Source: Chrysemys picta bellii (Eukaryota). Taken from it: DNA of 64,000 bases. The first letter of the stretch is position 1. Each line of letters starts with the position of its first letter. The position numbers and the translations under genes are program-made. Where the stretch lies: contig NC_088806.1 in NCBI RefSeq assembly GCF_011386835.1, positions 22,630,001-22,694,000 on the forward strand, written 5' to 3'. A model generated the notes under the pieces. The model was not told the origin of the DNA and ran no database searches. It was given only the letters and a program-made list of their open reading frames with translations. Shown one piece after another: positions 15,201 through 26,470 of this stretch.

Positions 15201-18200
15201 ATTTTGAAACACAATTACCAAAATGTTTTCATTAAACTATGCTGTATAGATAAACAAATCAGAGAAGTCAAAGGACATAGGAATGAGGAAAAAGAAATAC
15301 CTAAGCCTATCTCCAACTGAGAAACATACGTATATAATGAAAGTGACCTGCTAAAGGGGGAAATAATTGTTTCTTTTCGATGTATAAATAAAGACCTGAA
15401 AGATTCTATCAAGACTTTTACCTTATTTTCTACACCATGAAGCGGGGAGCACAGCAACCGCAGCCCATGATAGGCCAACTCTGGGACGTATTTCGCTTGG
15501 TTAATATTCCTAAACAAAAGAACACATTGAGATGGCTTCATCTACTGTTGGGTATTTATTTACTTTAATAAAGTGACCAAACATACTCTGTATTAACTGG
15601 AAAGACATGTTTAAAATTCACTGAATATCATTTCTATGTAAATTAGGAAGAACACACATTCCAATATTATCTAGAGAAAAATCACTGTTTTCATTTTAAC
15701 GTCCACAGAGTAATAATACTTAATATATTCACCGCTTTACCTCTTCCAAACAATGTATAAACATTAAGAAGTAATAGCTCACATTGTTCCTGAAAACTCG
15801 AATTCATGCACTGCAGGCTCAAAACTTGTCAACTCAACAAAGGTCTGCAAGAAAGCAAAGGGGTGAGGTTATGTGAGGGGCAGTGATGAGGATCTGTCTG
15901 TGTGCCTGAGTCCTTAGTAGTCTTAGTGTACGTCTATACTTACCTCCGGGTTCGGCGGTAAGCAATCGATCTTCTGGGATCGATTTATCGTGTCTTGTCT
16001 AGTGAGTACGCGGAGTCGACAGGGGAGCCTGCCTGCCGCGTGTGGACCCGTGATAAAAGTACCTTGTAGTTCGAACTAAGATACTTTGACTTCAGCTACG
16101 TTATTCACGTAGCTGAAGTTGCGTATCTTAGTTCGAACTGGGGGGGTTAGTGTGGACCAGCCCTTAGTTACCTGCATGCAGTTCTGCACACAATGCGGTT
16201 TCTCTTTCAGAGAGAACTTGGGCAGAAGTCTTAAGAAGTTTTTCAGGAGGAAGAAGATGGCTTCCCGAATTTGAAGCAGGTCATGTGCTGAAAAATAAAT
16301 CTCCTCTTCTTGATCCTCATCCTCTTCAAAAATCTCATCCATCTAGATTGGTAGAAGACAGAACCAGGATTTATCATAGCTACAATCGCTTTTTTACTTA
16401 GAAAGCAGAAACTCTTATTTGTACTATGCAGAAACTCTGAGGCTAGAATTTACTTAATTAATAGTAAAGCAGGATTGGAATTTGTATCCGACGTACCAAA
16501 TGTTTTATTTCAAAATATTTAAAGGCATTTAGTATTAGTTGGGAAAAGAGAGAAGGGGGCTCACAGAAAAACCTCACACAGCTTGTTCCCATCTGAGAGT
16601 TTACAAACAAAACCCCCTGCAGAACTAGGGTTGGGCGTCTGAATTCTGATATTGATGTACACAAAGCCAAATTCCTAGCTCAGCCTACTCTTTTCCACCC
16701 TCTCTCATCATGACACTGCCCTCATGTTCCCTCAGATTTCTGATGTCCAGTTCAGGACTCAACTAAATGTTAAGAAATATAACAAAGAAGGTTTTAGAAA
16801 AGCTAGAACTTTTCAAGAGGTGCACTTCATAAGAGGCTGCAAGTATTTAGCCCTTAGTCTCCCATCATTAGATTGGTACAGAGATCTGAATACTCTTAGT
16901 CCTCTAGTTCTCTTAAATGTACAAGACAGCTACAGGCTGCACTCATGATTAACATCAACTTGTCTATGTGCTGCTGAACGTGTTAACAATATACTGAAGA
17001 ACAGTACGCCTTCTTACATTGCAACTCACTCATCATCAAAGAAACTGCCAGCTAACTTGGCATGCCTGGCTTTTCAGAAGTTTGTAACAATGTTCAAAGT
17101 AAAAAGAACACAGCTTGATTTCAGAATGCAAGGTTGAGAGAGCAAAGTGCTGGAAGATAAGAGAAGTCTCATTTTGACTTGGAAACTAAATAAGTTTCCT
17201 ACTGATTTATGAATTAATAGAGAGCATAAAGGTACTGTATCTGAAGATACTGTATGAACATCATCTTACATCAAAGTTCTCCTTCCTGGTTGGCCTTCCT
17301 TTCTTTTTATTTCTTCTTGCTTCAGCCTGAGAGCTTTTAGCATGATCCTTTTTCCTTTTCCTAGTCAATTCACATCCCTGAGGCCAGCTCTTTCTCAGGG
17401 TCTGAAGACATTTGTCAAACATCACTTGATGGAACACCTGATTAGCTACGCTGCCTGCCCAGAAACAAAACAGATCAGGATTTAAGCCATTTTCAGAACA
17501 AAACTACAAATACATGAAAAGCATAAAATTATTCAGCCATCTGCTCCACTTGTTAGCACAATCAGATGGCTAGAACACGAGCGCCATCCTGGTGACTTGA
17601 GGTTCAGAAAATGAAAATCAGTATTTAAATTAACAAAATTAAATTGCAGGAAGGAGTAAAATCAGCAAAAACATTCTCAGTTGGTGCTTACAGAACAGGA
17701 CAACGAGCCAATCTGGAATTTGCTGTATTATTTAACACAAAACTTTTAACTAGAATGCACATCAGCCTTAAAACACAAAAGGATGCAGCCATAGATTCAG
17801 TCTGCTAGAAAACTCTGATGACCTTTGATTTTAATAAAAGAATTTTGCTTTCATGATCAGCCTGAAAGCACTAGTGAGCTAAATCCTCTCTATCTACAAA
17901 GCAGGTACAGCACAAGCACTGGCAGTACAATCTTCCCTCGGAGAAGTTCAATCTCCATGTCACATTCAGGCCTCTCTGCTAAAACTGCCAATAAGGGGGA
18001 CAGACTGATGAAAATGTCTGGCAATTAGGACCTGGACTGAGATCATCAAATTGTTTCACATAGGACACCAAACCACTAAGACTATAGCAACTTTCCAGCA
18101 CTGCACATCCACACAACTATAGAGGAGAATGGCTCAACAGCCATTTCCTATCCCACTTCATGTTCTTATGAACAAAGCACTGTCCAGACAGCTTGAGCCA

Positions 18201-21200
18201 AATTAGCCACACTAGCAAGACCAGAAAGGAAGGTCTATCTACTTACCTGGGATTTCAAGCAGTAAGAAGTACAGCCCAGCAGCATGGAGAGCATATATCC
18301 GCTGTTGTACATTAGCCTTTTTATTCTGGGCCACTTGGACAAAGTGATACAACACAGCCACAAGAGCATTGGGGGAGAGATTGTTCTCAGCAAAGAGGGT
18401 CCAGATACTCTGAGACAAAGCAGAAAACTGACAGTAAGAACTATGGTAAATCTCACATCAATTCCCCCCTCTGAGGGCACTTGCTATCATGGCCACTCAG
18501 ATCAAAAAGGACACAAAGGGCTGTGATGCTGGTTTGAAGGAGAAACAGGTCATTCACAAGCTAGATTTTTTTTTTTTTAAATTCACTGAACCACATCACT
18601 TGGGATAACCAAACTTATTTAAATTAAAGATTTTCTTTCATGATTTTAAGAAAATGGATGGAGAAGAGATGGTTAGAATAACACTTAAGTTCACAAGATG
18701 CCTAGTCACGACTTAACTGTAGAACTCTCTTGTGAACCACACCAGGGCAATACATTTCCCTGTCAGCTACCATTAGGATTTTGAAAAGTTGTCCTTCTGT
18801 CCACTCCCCACATATGTAGGTTTTTAATTTTAAGATCCCTTCTCTGAAACAGCCTGCATCTCAGATATGTATTCTTTGAATACAACTGTATAAAATATCA
18901 GTTACTCATTCGGAGGTCAAAATATTTAATTACATGGATAGTAGGAAGATTCAGTGGGTACATCTTTGCCACCAAGTAGAAACATGAATAATTTCCAGCT
19001 TACTTCAGTGGTCCCATGGTCCTCGGCAACAAAAGAGTAGAGATTCTTGTAAAGTTCGCTGAAGGCATCAAGTCCATCCTCTGTGATCCCTTCTTCTATT
19101 CTGGAATCCAGAGGCTCTGTCTCAGTGAAATCTAGTTCCCAGACTGTGTCAACCCAGGCTGGGGGAAAAAGATGCAAAACACACACGCTTATTCAAAAAA
19201 TATAATACATTTATGTAGAACTTTTCATTCCAAATATAAACAGGGATCACTTCACTTACAACTGAAGTGTGGCCACTTCTGAGAAGGAATGTGGCAGGAT
19301 TTTATGAGTATAAAACAGTTTAGGACAGGAGTACGAATACCTGCACTTTGGGCTGGTACTAACAAAACCTTTAGAACAACAATCCTTTAAAGAAAAATCT
19401 CTCACTTTGACTTATTTAAATGCACCTATTTAAACTTCAAGCAAAAATACAACTTATAAAAAAACATTAAAAAAATGAGTCAGGTCAATATTCACAAGGT
19501 GACTCCCTCCAGCTAATCAAGAATAAAGTCTTCCCCATAATCCCTTCAGGAAAACCTCAGAAATTGTACAGTCCTTGCACTGTGCAATGAAGTTCAACAA
19601 TTCAATGTTTTGTTAGTGAACTGGCAAAGGACACTTTCAGAGCAAAGGACCCTTTCCCCAAAACATCCTGCCACAGGCCTCTCCTTGAGGGTCTGTTAAC
19701 TCAGGAGCCTCAGATGATCACAGATGTGTCGGTCTCTTTCAAAATGTGATTCTGTATCTTAAACCATTTGGAGTGCTATAGGTCTAAAACTTAGAAGCTA
19801 TTTTTTCTTGTCCCTATGCAGATTATAAAAATGTAAAATGCTGTGGTATTCTCCATTACTGAGGTGAAAGGAAACACAATTCACCATCAAAGATCAAACT
19901 ATCGGGAGCTCAGAAAGTGGTGGAATTTGTCCCAGGCCGGTGCTTGTGAAGGTTCTTTCTGCTATGAGATTCCATTCCCCTTTTTTCTTTTTAGAGCATC
20001 ACAGTAATTACAAGAGGACACAAGGATGTACAAGTTATTCCTTTATAATAGCTTATTAAGGGTACCCATATCTCTGGCACCTGGACAAACATGAAAACAA
20101 ACAATTTATAATTACCACAATAGGAAGAAACAGTAATCTTCTGTTAACAAGTCATCAGGAAAGAAATCAGATAGTAGTGGGGGGAAAAGGACAATGCCTT
20201 AGATCACAGAAATGTAGGGCTGGAAGGGACCCTGAGAAGTCATCAAGTCCATTCCCCAGCACAGAGGAAGGACCAAGTATACACAGACCATCCGTGACAG
20301 GTGCTTGTCCAAATTGTCCTTTAAAACCTCCAATGATGGGGGTTCCACAACCTCCTTTGGAAGTCTATTCCAGAGACTAACTACCCTTATAGTCAGTTTA
20401 GAATTAGAAAGTTTTTCCTAATATCTAATCTAAATCGTCCTTGCTGCAGATTAAACCCATTATTTCTTGTCCTATCTTCAGTGGACATGGAGAAAAACTG
20501 ATCACAGTCCTTTTCATAACAGGTCTTAACATACTTGAAGACTGTTATCAAGTTCTCCTTGGTCTTCTTTTCTCAAGCCTAAACATGCCCAATATTTTAA
20601 CCTTTCCTCATATGCCGTGTTTCCTGAACTTTTTATCATTTTTGTTGCTCTCCTCTGGACTGTTCATCTTTCTCTTGCTCCTAATGTATTTAAAGAACCT
20701 CTTTTTATTGCCTTTTATCTCCCTTGCTAGATGTAACTCATTTTATGCTTTCTGATTTTGTCCCTATGTGCTTGTGCTATTCTTTTGTCTCTCTATTGTG
20801 CAGGTCATTGAAGAGTTCTTGAGAGAGCCATATTGGCCTCTTATTATTCCTCCTATCTTCGCTTCGCATCGAGATAGTTTGTAGTTGTGCTTCTCAGTTA
20901 CTGGGTAATTTCACTGAGGTATCATCTTCACACTCAAATTGTTCTCCATGTTCCTGACATTCTTGGAAGTGTGGCTTTTCCAACTACAAGTGACAGTCCA
21001 ATTAGACTTTTAAAGACAGTAAAATAAAGATGATATAATTCAGAATGGCGGGATGAAAATCTGATCTCCCCTCCACCTTTACAATAGTTTGCAAAGACTA
21101 ATTTATTTTTTTCCTCTTTAAAAAATAACAATGCCAGAGCACTCTCAATTAGGTGCAGTATTATGCATTTCCGGCACTAAATTATTGTGCAGCGTCGCTG

Positions 21201-24200
21201 ATCACTGTTAAACAGCTGCCATACTACAGGCTGTAGCTGGCTGTGTTTCAATGCTGGGAAAAGTAATACCTGTGTATAGGTCAAAATACAAACTTAGATG
21301 TAGCTATTTATATGATTTTTGATGGATAAAAATGCTGCTTATCCCCAAGTACCATTTAACAATTTTATTTACTTATTGTACTAGCAAGAAATCAAGATAA
21401 AAACCTCAGATGTTGTTGATTATTTATTTAAAACTGAATGAAAAAAAATGTGATTATTGCACATTTCAAGAAATAAACTTGAGAATTACATTTCATATTA
21501 GTTTCTTATTGACAAAGAGCATTTACAGTAATAGCGTGTGGAAGTTATATACAACTCAGATTATATATACACGTATACATATATACTGTATATATAAACA
21601 CATCTGATTTTCTGTTGCTGAACATTTCAGCAAGAATGTCAGTTCAAAATTTGGCTCAATTGTTGTGTGTCTTATTTATTTATTAAAACACAAAGCCCAA
21701 AATCAACAGAATTATTTTTATACCCTTCCCCCTTATGGAAATTTTTAGCAAGGGCAAATTAGAATCACATAGCCCAGGAGTGGGCAAAATATGGCCCGCC
21801 GGCGACATCTGGCCCGCCAGCCAATTTAATCCAGACCTCGAGCTCCTGCTGGGGAGCGGGATCTGGGGCTTGCCCAGCTCCCGCACTTCAGCCAGGAAGT
21901 GGGCTCGAGGGCCGCTCTGCATGCACATGCCGCAGCTCTGCGTGCCTCCCAGAAGCAGTGACATGTCCCCCCCCTACAGCTCCTATGTGTTGCCCCCACC
22001 CCAAGCACCGCCCCTGCAGCTCCCATGGGCTGGGAACTGCAGCCCATAGGAGCTGCAGGGGCTGCGTCTGCGGACCGGGCAGCGTGCAGAACCGCCTGGC
22101 CACGCCCCCATGTAGAAGCCTGAGGGGGGCCATGCCGCTGCTTCCTGGAGCTGCTTCAGGTACGTGCTGCCCAGAGCCCCCTCCCGCCCTCCAAACCCCT
22201 CATCCCCAGTCCCACCCTAGAGCCTGCACCCCCACCCCATCCGTCTGCCCCAGCCTGGAGCCCCCTCCTGCACCATGAACTCCTCATTTCTGGCCCCACC
22301 AGAGCCCACACCCCTAGCCAGAACCCTGATCCCCCTCCTGCCCTCCAAACCCCTCGGTCCCAGCTTGGAGCACCCTCCTACACCCCAAATCCCTCATTCC
22401 CAGCCCCACTCCAGAGCCCTCACCCCCCCTGCACCCCAACCCCGTGCCCCAACCCAGAGACCCCTCCCACATGCTGAATTCCTCATTTCTTGGCCCCACC
22501 TCAGAGCTCGCACTCCCAGCCACAAACCTCACCCCCTCCTCCACCCCAACCCCAATTTTGTGAGCATTCATGGCTCACCATACAATTTCCATACCCAGAT
22601 ATGGCCCTTGGGCCAAAAAGTTTGCTCACCACTGACACAGCCTATTGAACAGATAGGCAACTTTTTCTGCGGTCTACTATTAACAATTATGACAATAAGA
22701 AACTATTCTCAAGTAGCATCTTATGAACCCTAACAAAGTTTTCCAAACAAAAATGTCTATAAATAGAAGCAGCTGCTAAAAGAAATAAACATCCCCCTAT
22801 TGTTTTTGAAAACTACACATTCTGCAAGCTTCTGAAATACAAAACAATGAAACTAGAAACAAAAAAGTTAAATCAGACAGCTCAATTGATTAATTGAGCA
22901 ACTTTTTATTATCCTTAGAGATGCAGCACAGTTTTAATATCCATGGCGTTATTAATAACTAGCAAACTACAGCAGAACCGTAGCAAACTGGACAACACGG
23001 GGCCGCTGAATACACTGTTTTCCGACAATGGAGAAAATGCTCAGTGTAACTGACAAAGGGAGAGATCCCCGATTCGGGTAACAGGCAGTGACAGATAATC
23101 CAGGTGGGGCTGGCTCTGGTTTTTAACCGTGAGCTCTCCATGAAGCAGGCCAATATCACTGGATCTATTCCACAGAGGGGCACAGAGAGGAGCAGCGACC
23201 TTCAGGGGCAGCTCGGGGAGTAGAAGTCCTGGCTCCCAAACCAACCTGTTCCATGATCCCACAGACACGCCCCACCCCCAAACAACACACAACTTCCCAG
23301 GCCAGCCCCTCAGTCCACTCCCGGGTCCCCTTTGGAGGTGGGGCTCTTGTTGGGTAGGGGGTAGGTCGCACACCCTAAGCCCCGGAAGGGGAGACCTCTC
23401 CCCCCTGTCATAAGAGAGGAAGCAGTCGCCACCTCAGCCCCCTAGAACCTCTTCATCCTTCAGCCCCCTGGAGCTACAGAACCATCCCCCACAACCTCTC
23501 CCTCCCCCCCGACCCCCTCCTCTTTCAGTTCTCCCCCCCCCCGCCGCTAGCCCCCCTCCTCTTTCAGTTCCCCCCCCCCCCGCCGCTAGCCCCCCTCCTC
23601 TTTCAGTTCCCCCCCCCCCCGCCGCTAGCCCCCCTCCTCTTTCAGTTCTCCCCCCCCCCGCCGCTAGCCCCCCTCCTCTTTCAGTTCTCCTCCCCCCCCG
23701 CCGCTAGCCCCCCTCCTCTTTCAGTTCTCCCCCCCCCCGCCGCTAGCCCCCCTCCTCTTTCAGTTCTCCCCCCCCCCGCCGCTAGCCCCCCTCCTCTTTC
23801 AGTTCTCCCCCCCCCCGCCGCTAGCCCCCCTCCTCTTTCAGTTCTCCCCCCCCCCCGCCGCTAGCCCCCCTCCTCTTTCAGTTCTCCCCCCCCCCCGCCG
23901 CTAGCCCCCCTCCTCTTTCAGTTCTCCCCCCCCCCGCCGCTAGCCCCCCTCCTCTTTCAGTTCTCCCCCCCCCCGCCGCTAGCCCCCCTCCTCTTTCAGT
24001 TCTCCCCCCCCCCGCCGCTAGCCCCCCTCCTCTTTCAGTTCTCCCCCCCCCCGCCGCTAGCCCCCCTCCTCTTTCAGTTCTCCCCCCCCCCGCCGCTAGC
24101 CCCCCTCCTCTTTCAGTTCTCCCCCCCCGCCGCTAGCCCCCCTCCTCTTTCAGTTCTCCCCCCCCGCCGCTAGCCCCCCTCCTCTTTCAGTTCTCCCCCC

Positions 24201-25817
24201 CCGCCGCTAGCCCCCCTCCTCTTTCAGTTCTCCCCCCCCGCCGCTAGCCCCCCTCCTCTTTCAGTTCTCCCCCCCCGCCGCTAGCCCCCCTCCTCTTTCA
24301 GTTCTCCCCCCCCGCCGCTAGCCCCCCTCCTCTTTCAGTTCTCCCCCCCCGCCGCTAGCCCCCCTCCTCTTTCAGTTCCCCCCCCCGCCGCTAGCCCCCC
24401 TCCTCTTTCAGTTCCCCCCCCGCCGCTAGCCCCCCTCCTCTTTCAGTTCTCCCCCCCCCGCCGCTAGCCCCCCTCCTCTTTCAGTTCTCCCCCCCCCGCC
24501 GCTAGCCCCCCTCCTCTTTCAGTTCTCCCCCCCCCGCCGCTAGCCCCCCTCCTCTTTCAGTTCTCCCCCCCCCGCCGCTAGCCCCCCTCCTCTTTCAGTT
24601 CTCCCCCCCCCGCCGCTAGCCCCCCTCCTCTTTCAGTTCTCCCCCCCCGCCGCTAGCCCCCCTCCTCTTTCAGTTCTCCCCCCCCGCCGCTAGCCCCCCT
24701 CCTCTTTCAGTTCTCCCCCCCCGCCGCTAGCCCCCCTCCTCTTTCAGTTCTCCCCCCCCGCCGCTAGCCCCCCTCCTCTTTCAGTTCTCCCCCCCCCACT
24801 AGCCCCCCTCCTCTTTCAGTTCTCCCCCCGCCACTAGCCCCCCTCCTCTTTCAGTTCCCCCCCCGCCACTAGCCCCCCTCCTCTTTCAGTTCCCCCCCCG
24901 CCACTAGCCCCCCTCCTCTTTCAGTTCTCCCCCCCCCGCCACTAGCCCCCCTCCTCTTTCAGTTCTCCCCCCCCCGCCGCTAGCCCCCCTCCTCTTTCAG
25001 TTCTCCCCCCCCCCGCCGCTAGCCCCTCTCCTCTTTCAGTTCTCCCCCCGCCGCTAGCCCCTCTCCTCTTTCAGTTCTCCCCCCGCCGCTAGCCCCCCTC
25101 CTCTTTCAGTTCTCCCCCCGCCGCTAGCCCCCCTCCTCTTTCAGTTCTCCCCCCGCCGCTAGACCCCCTCCTCTTTCAGTTCTCCCCCCGCCGCTAGCCC
25201 CCCTCCTCTTTCAGTTCCCCCCCCCGCCGCTAGCCCCCCTCCTCTTTCAGTTCCCCCCCCCGCCGCTAGCCCCCCTCCTCTTTCAGTTCTCCCCCCGCCG
25301 CTAGCCCCTCTCCTCTTTCAGTTCTCCCCCCCCCGCCGCTAGCCCCCCTCCTCTTTCAGTTCTCCCCCCGCCGCTAGCCCCCCTCCTCTTTCAGTTCTCC
25401 CCCCGCCGCTAGCCCCTCTCCTCTTTCAGTTCTCCCCCCCCCGCCGCTAGCCCCTCTCCTCTTTCAGTTCTCCCCCCGCCGCTAGCCCCTCTCCTCTTTC
25501 AGTCCCCCCCCCGCCGCTAGCCCCCCTCCTCTTTCAGTCCCCCCCCCGCCGCTAGCCCCCATCCTCTTTCAGTTCCCCCCCCCCGCCGCTAGCTCTCCCC
25601 TTTCAGTTCCCCCCGGCCCCTCCCCGTAGGATCCCCTCTTCCTTCAGCCCCCACCTCCCGGCCTCTGCCTCCGCCCGCCGAACCCCTGGGGCCCCCTCCC
25701 CTGAAGGTCTCCCCGGCGGCCCCGTGGCCGGGCTCAGGCCTCCCGCCGCTTACCCGCATTGACCGCCCGCAGTCCCCAGCTCTCCAAGCCCCGCAGGGGC
25801 CCCTCCGCCGCCACCAT
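228..25817 (-). CDS. NCAPD3: Condensin II complex subunit D3, coding exons 1-19 (3' part lies beyond the left window edge)
   Basis: Exons read on the minus strand with GT-AG ends and continuous phase: 25754-25817, 19004-19158, 18247-18409, 17270-17454, 16172-16342, 15783-15844, 15422-15509, 14074-14207, 12984-13056, 11884-12009, 11437-11689, 10885-10947, 10600-10683, 4822-4895, 3795-3929, 2811-3031, 920-1111, 468-565, 228-343. Peptides such as [61 protein letters not shown] and RYLNKAF match vertebrate NCAPD3 as I recall it. Exons 12-13 are the least certain. Confidence 0.96.
1560..1800 (+). mobile_element. Ancient MIR/CORE-type SINE remnant
   Basis: Degenerate CORE-like run (ctgtgtcattaggcaattcactttacctctctgggccaaagtttcct) with an AT-rich tail; boundaries approximate. 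Confidence 0.45.
2400..2610 (-). mobile_element. Ancient MIR/CORE-type SINE remnant
   Basis: Pattern aagtgcttt...cctcacaacatccctgtg...cattttaac...gtaaacacaga...aaggttcaagtc resembles the reverse of a MIR-type core; approximate. Confidence 0.45.
5175..6960 (-). mobile_element. CR1 LINE, decayed and internally deleted 3' portion
   Basis: Minus-strand RT peptide [21 protein letters not shown]...KFANDA...[19 protein letters not shown] (ORF 5543-5794). CR1 3' UTR tail begins near 5175. There is a 17-bp tandem duplication at 5857-5890. Confidence 0.85.
7763..7830. repeat. Short palindromic MITE-like repeat
   Basis: Arms gcctgatccaaagccc (7763-7778) and ggactttggattgggc (7815-7830) are about 13/16 complementary around a gaagtcaatggg core. 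Confidence 0.5.
8177..9274. mobile_element. Non-autonomous DNA transposon with 24-bp perfect TIRs and a 9-bp TSD (superfamily unresolved)
   Basis: TACTCCTGGGGGAATTCTGCATCA at 8177-8200 and its exact reverse complement at 9251-9274. Flanks are gccctattg and gccccattg (8/9). Confidence 0.85.
8411..8590 (-). mobile_element. Tortoise-type tRNA-derived SINE with CR1-derived 3' tail, nested in the DNA transposon
   Basis: Minus strand has a tRNA-like head with A box (tagctcagtgg) and B box (gagttcaatc), and a tail ggactagatgatctcctgaggttccttccaac...attcta like the CR1 3' end. Confidence 0.85.
12364..12565 (+). mobile_element. CR1 LINE 3' UTR fragment
   Basis: ccctctggggcacctggcattggccactgttgg...actgggctagatggacc...ctgacccagtacggccgttcttatgttct is the typical CR1 3' end with a ttatgttct tail. 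Confidence 0.8.
15926..16163. mobile_element. Harbinger-type MITE (238 bp) with a long internal hairpin
   Basis: TTA TSD at 15923-15925 and 16164-16166. Ends are gtgtacgtctatact and agtgtggaccagccc. Hairpin spans 16068-16139. Confidence 0.85.
20200..20892 (-). mobile_element. CR1 LINE 3' fragment
   Basis: Starts tagatcacagaaatgtagggctggaagggacc...gtcatcaagtcc, followed by the CR1 ORF2 C-terminal region; similar to the copy at 58048-58832. Confidence 0.8.
21775..22634. mobile_element. Non-autonomous hAT element (860 bp) with GC-rich interior
   Basis: TIRs caggagtgggcaaa and tttgctcaccactg; 8-bp TSD acatagcc / acacagcc (7/8). Confidence 0.8.
23513..25614. repeat. GC-rich minisatellite, about 56 copies of a 35-40-bp unit (ccgccgctagcccccctcctctttcagttct + C6-11)
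   Basis: Counted about 56 gctag/actag cores by eye. Unit length varies with the poly-C tract. Lies in NCAPD3 intron 1. Confidence 0.97.
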
Positions 25818-26470
25818 CCTGCCTTCCTCGCTTCGGCGCCGCCGGTGCCTTCGAACCAGCCAATCCGCGCTCCGACCCAGCAGCGACCAATCACAGCCGC
25901 TGTCAGCGTGGGCCGGGGACTGGCTGGCCGGCTGCGCCTGCGCGGGGCGCTCACAGCTGAGCCGATGCGCCTGCGCGGGGAGGAAGCCCCGGAACGGGGA
26001 GCTGGCGCTTGCGCAATGTGAGGAAACGAGGCCGGGCTGGGCGGCGCTTGCGCAGTGCGAGGCCCGGCCCTGGAGGACAGCTCGAGCGCAGCTAGTGCCA
26101 GCCAGCCGGGGCAGAGCGCGAGCTGCTGCGTCCCTCCCACCCATCCAGCCCGGAGCGGGGTCCCCATCGTGCGCGCTCCGAGCCCGGCTCCTGCGCCGCG
26201 GGGTGACCGCTGCGCGTCATTAGCCCTGCAGAGACCACGGTCGGGGGGCTGGGCGCTCGCCAGCAGGGCCTCCCCGTTTGCACCCCCTCGCCCCACAGCC
26301 GGGGCCCCTCCCCGTTTGCGCCCCACAGCCGGGGCCCCTCCCCGTTTGCGCCCCCTCGCCCCACTGCTGGGGTACTCTCTATACCTTCCCACTGGGGGGA
26401 CCCTCCCAGTTGCACCTCCTTCCCCCAGCACTGGTGCCCCTGCTGCATTGCAGCCCCCACCCCAAGCGGT
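25620..26470. promoter_or_regulatory. CpG-island bidirectional promoter NCAPD3/VPS26B
   Basis: CpG-dense region between the divergent starts. CCAAT at 25860 and 25887; NRF1-like GCGCCTGCGC at 25934 and 25967; GCGCTTGCGC at 26005 and 26044; ETS-like CCGGAA near 25989; CHR-like TTCGAA at 25850. Confidence 0.8.

Noticed and set aside
21683-22733. Several 70-150-aa ORFs
   Set aside because: They lie inside a GC-rich non-autonomous hAT element and have no recognisable domains.
23513-25614. Array as a CRISPR-like locus or coding repeat
   Set aside because: No unique spacers (only poly-C length variation), eukaryotic intron context, and stop codons recur in the units.
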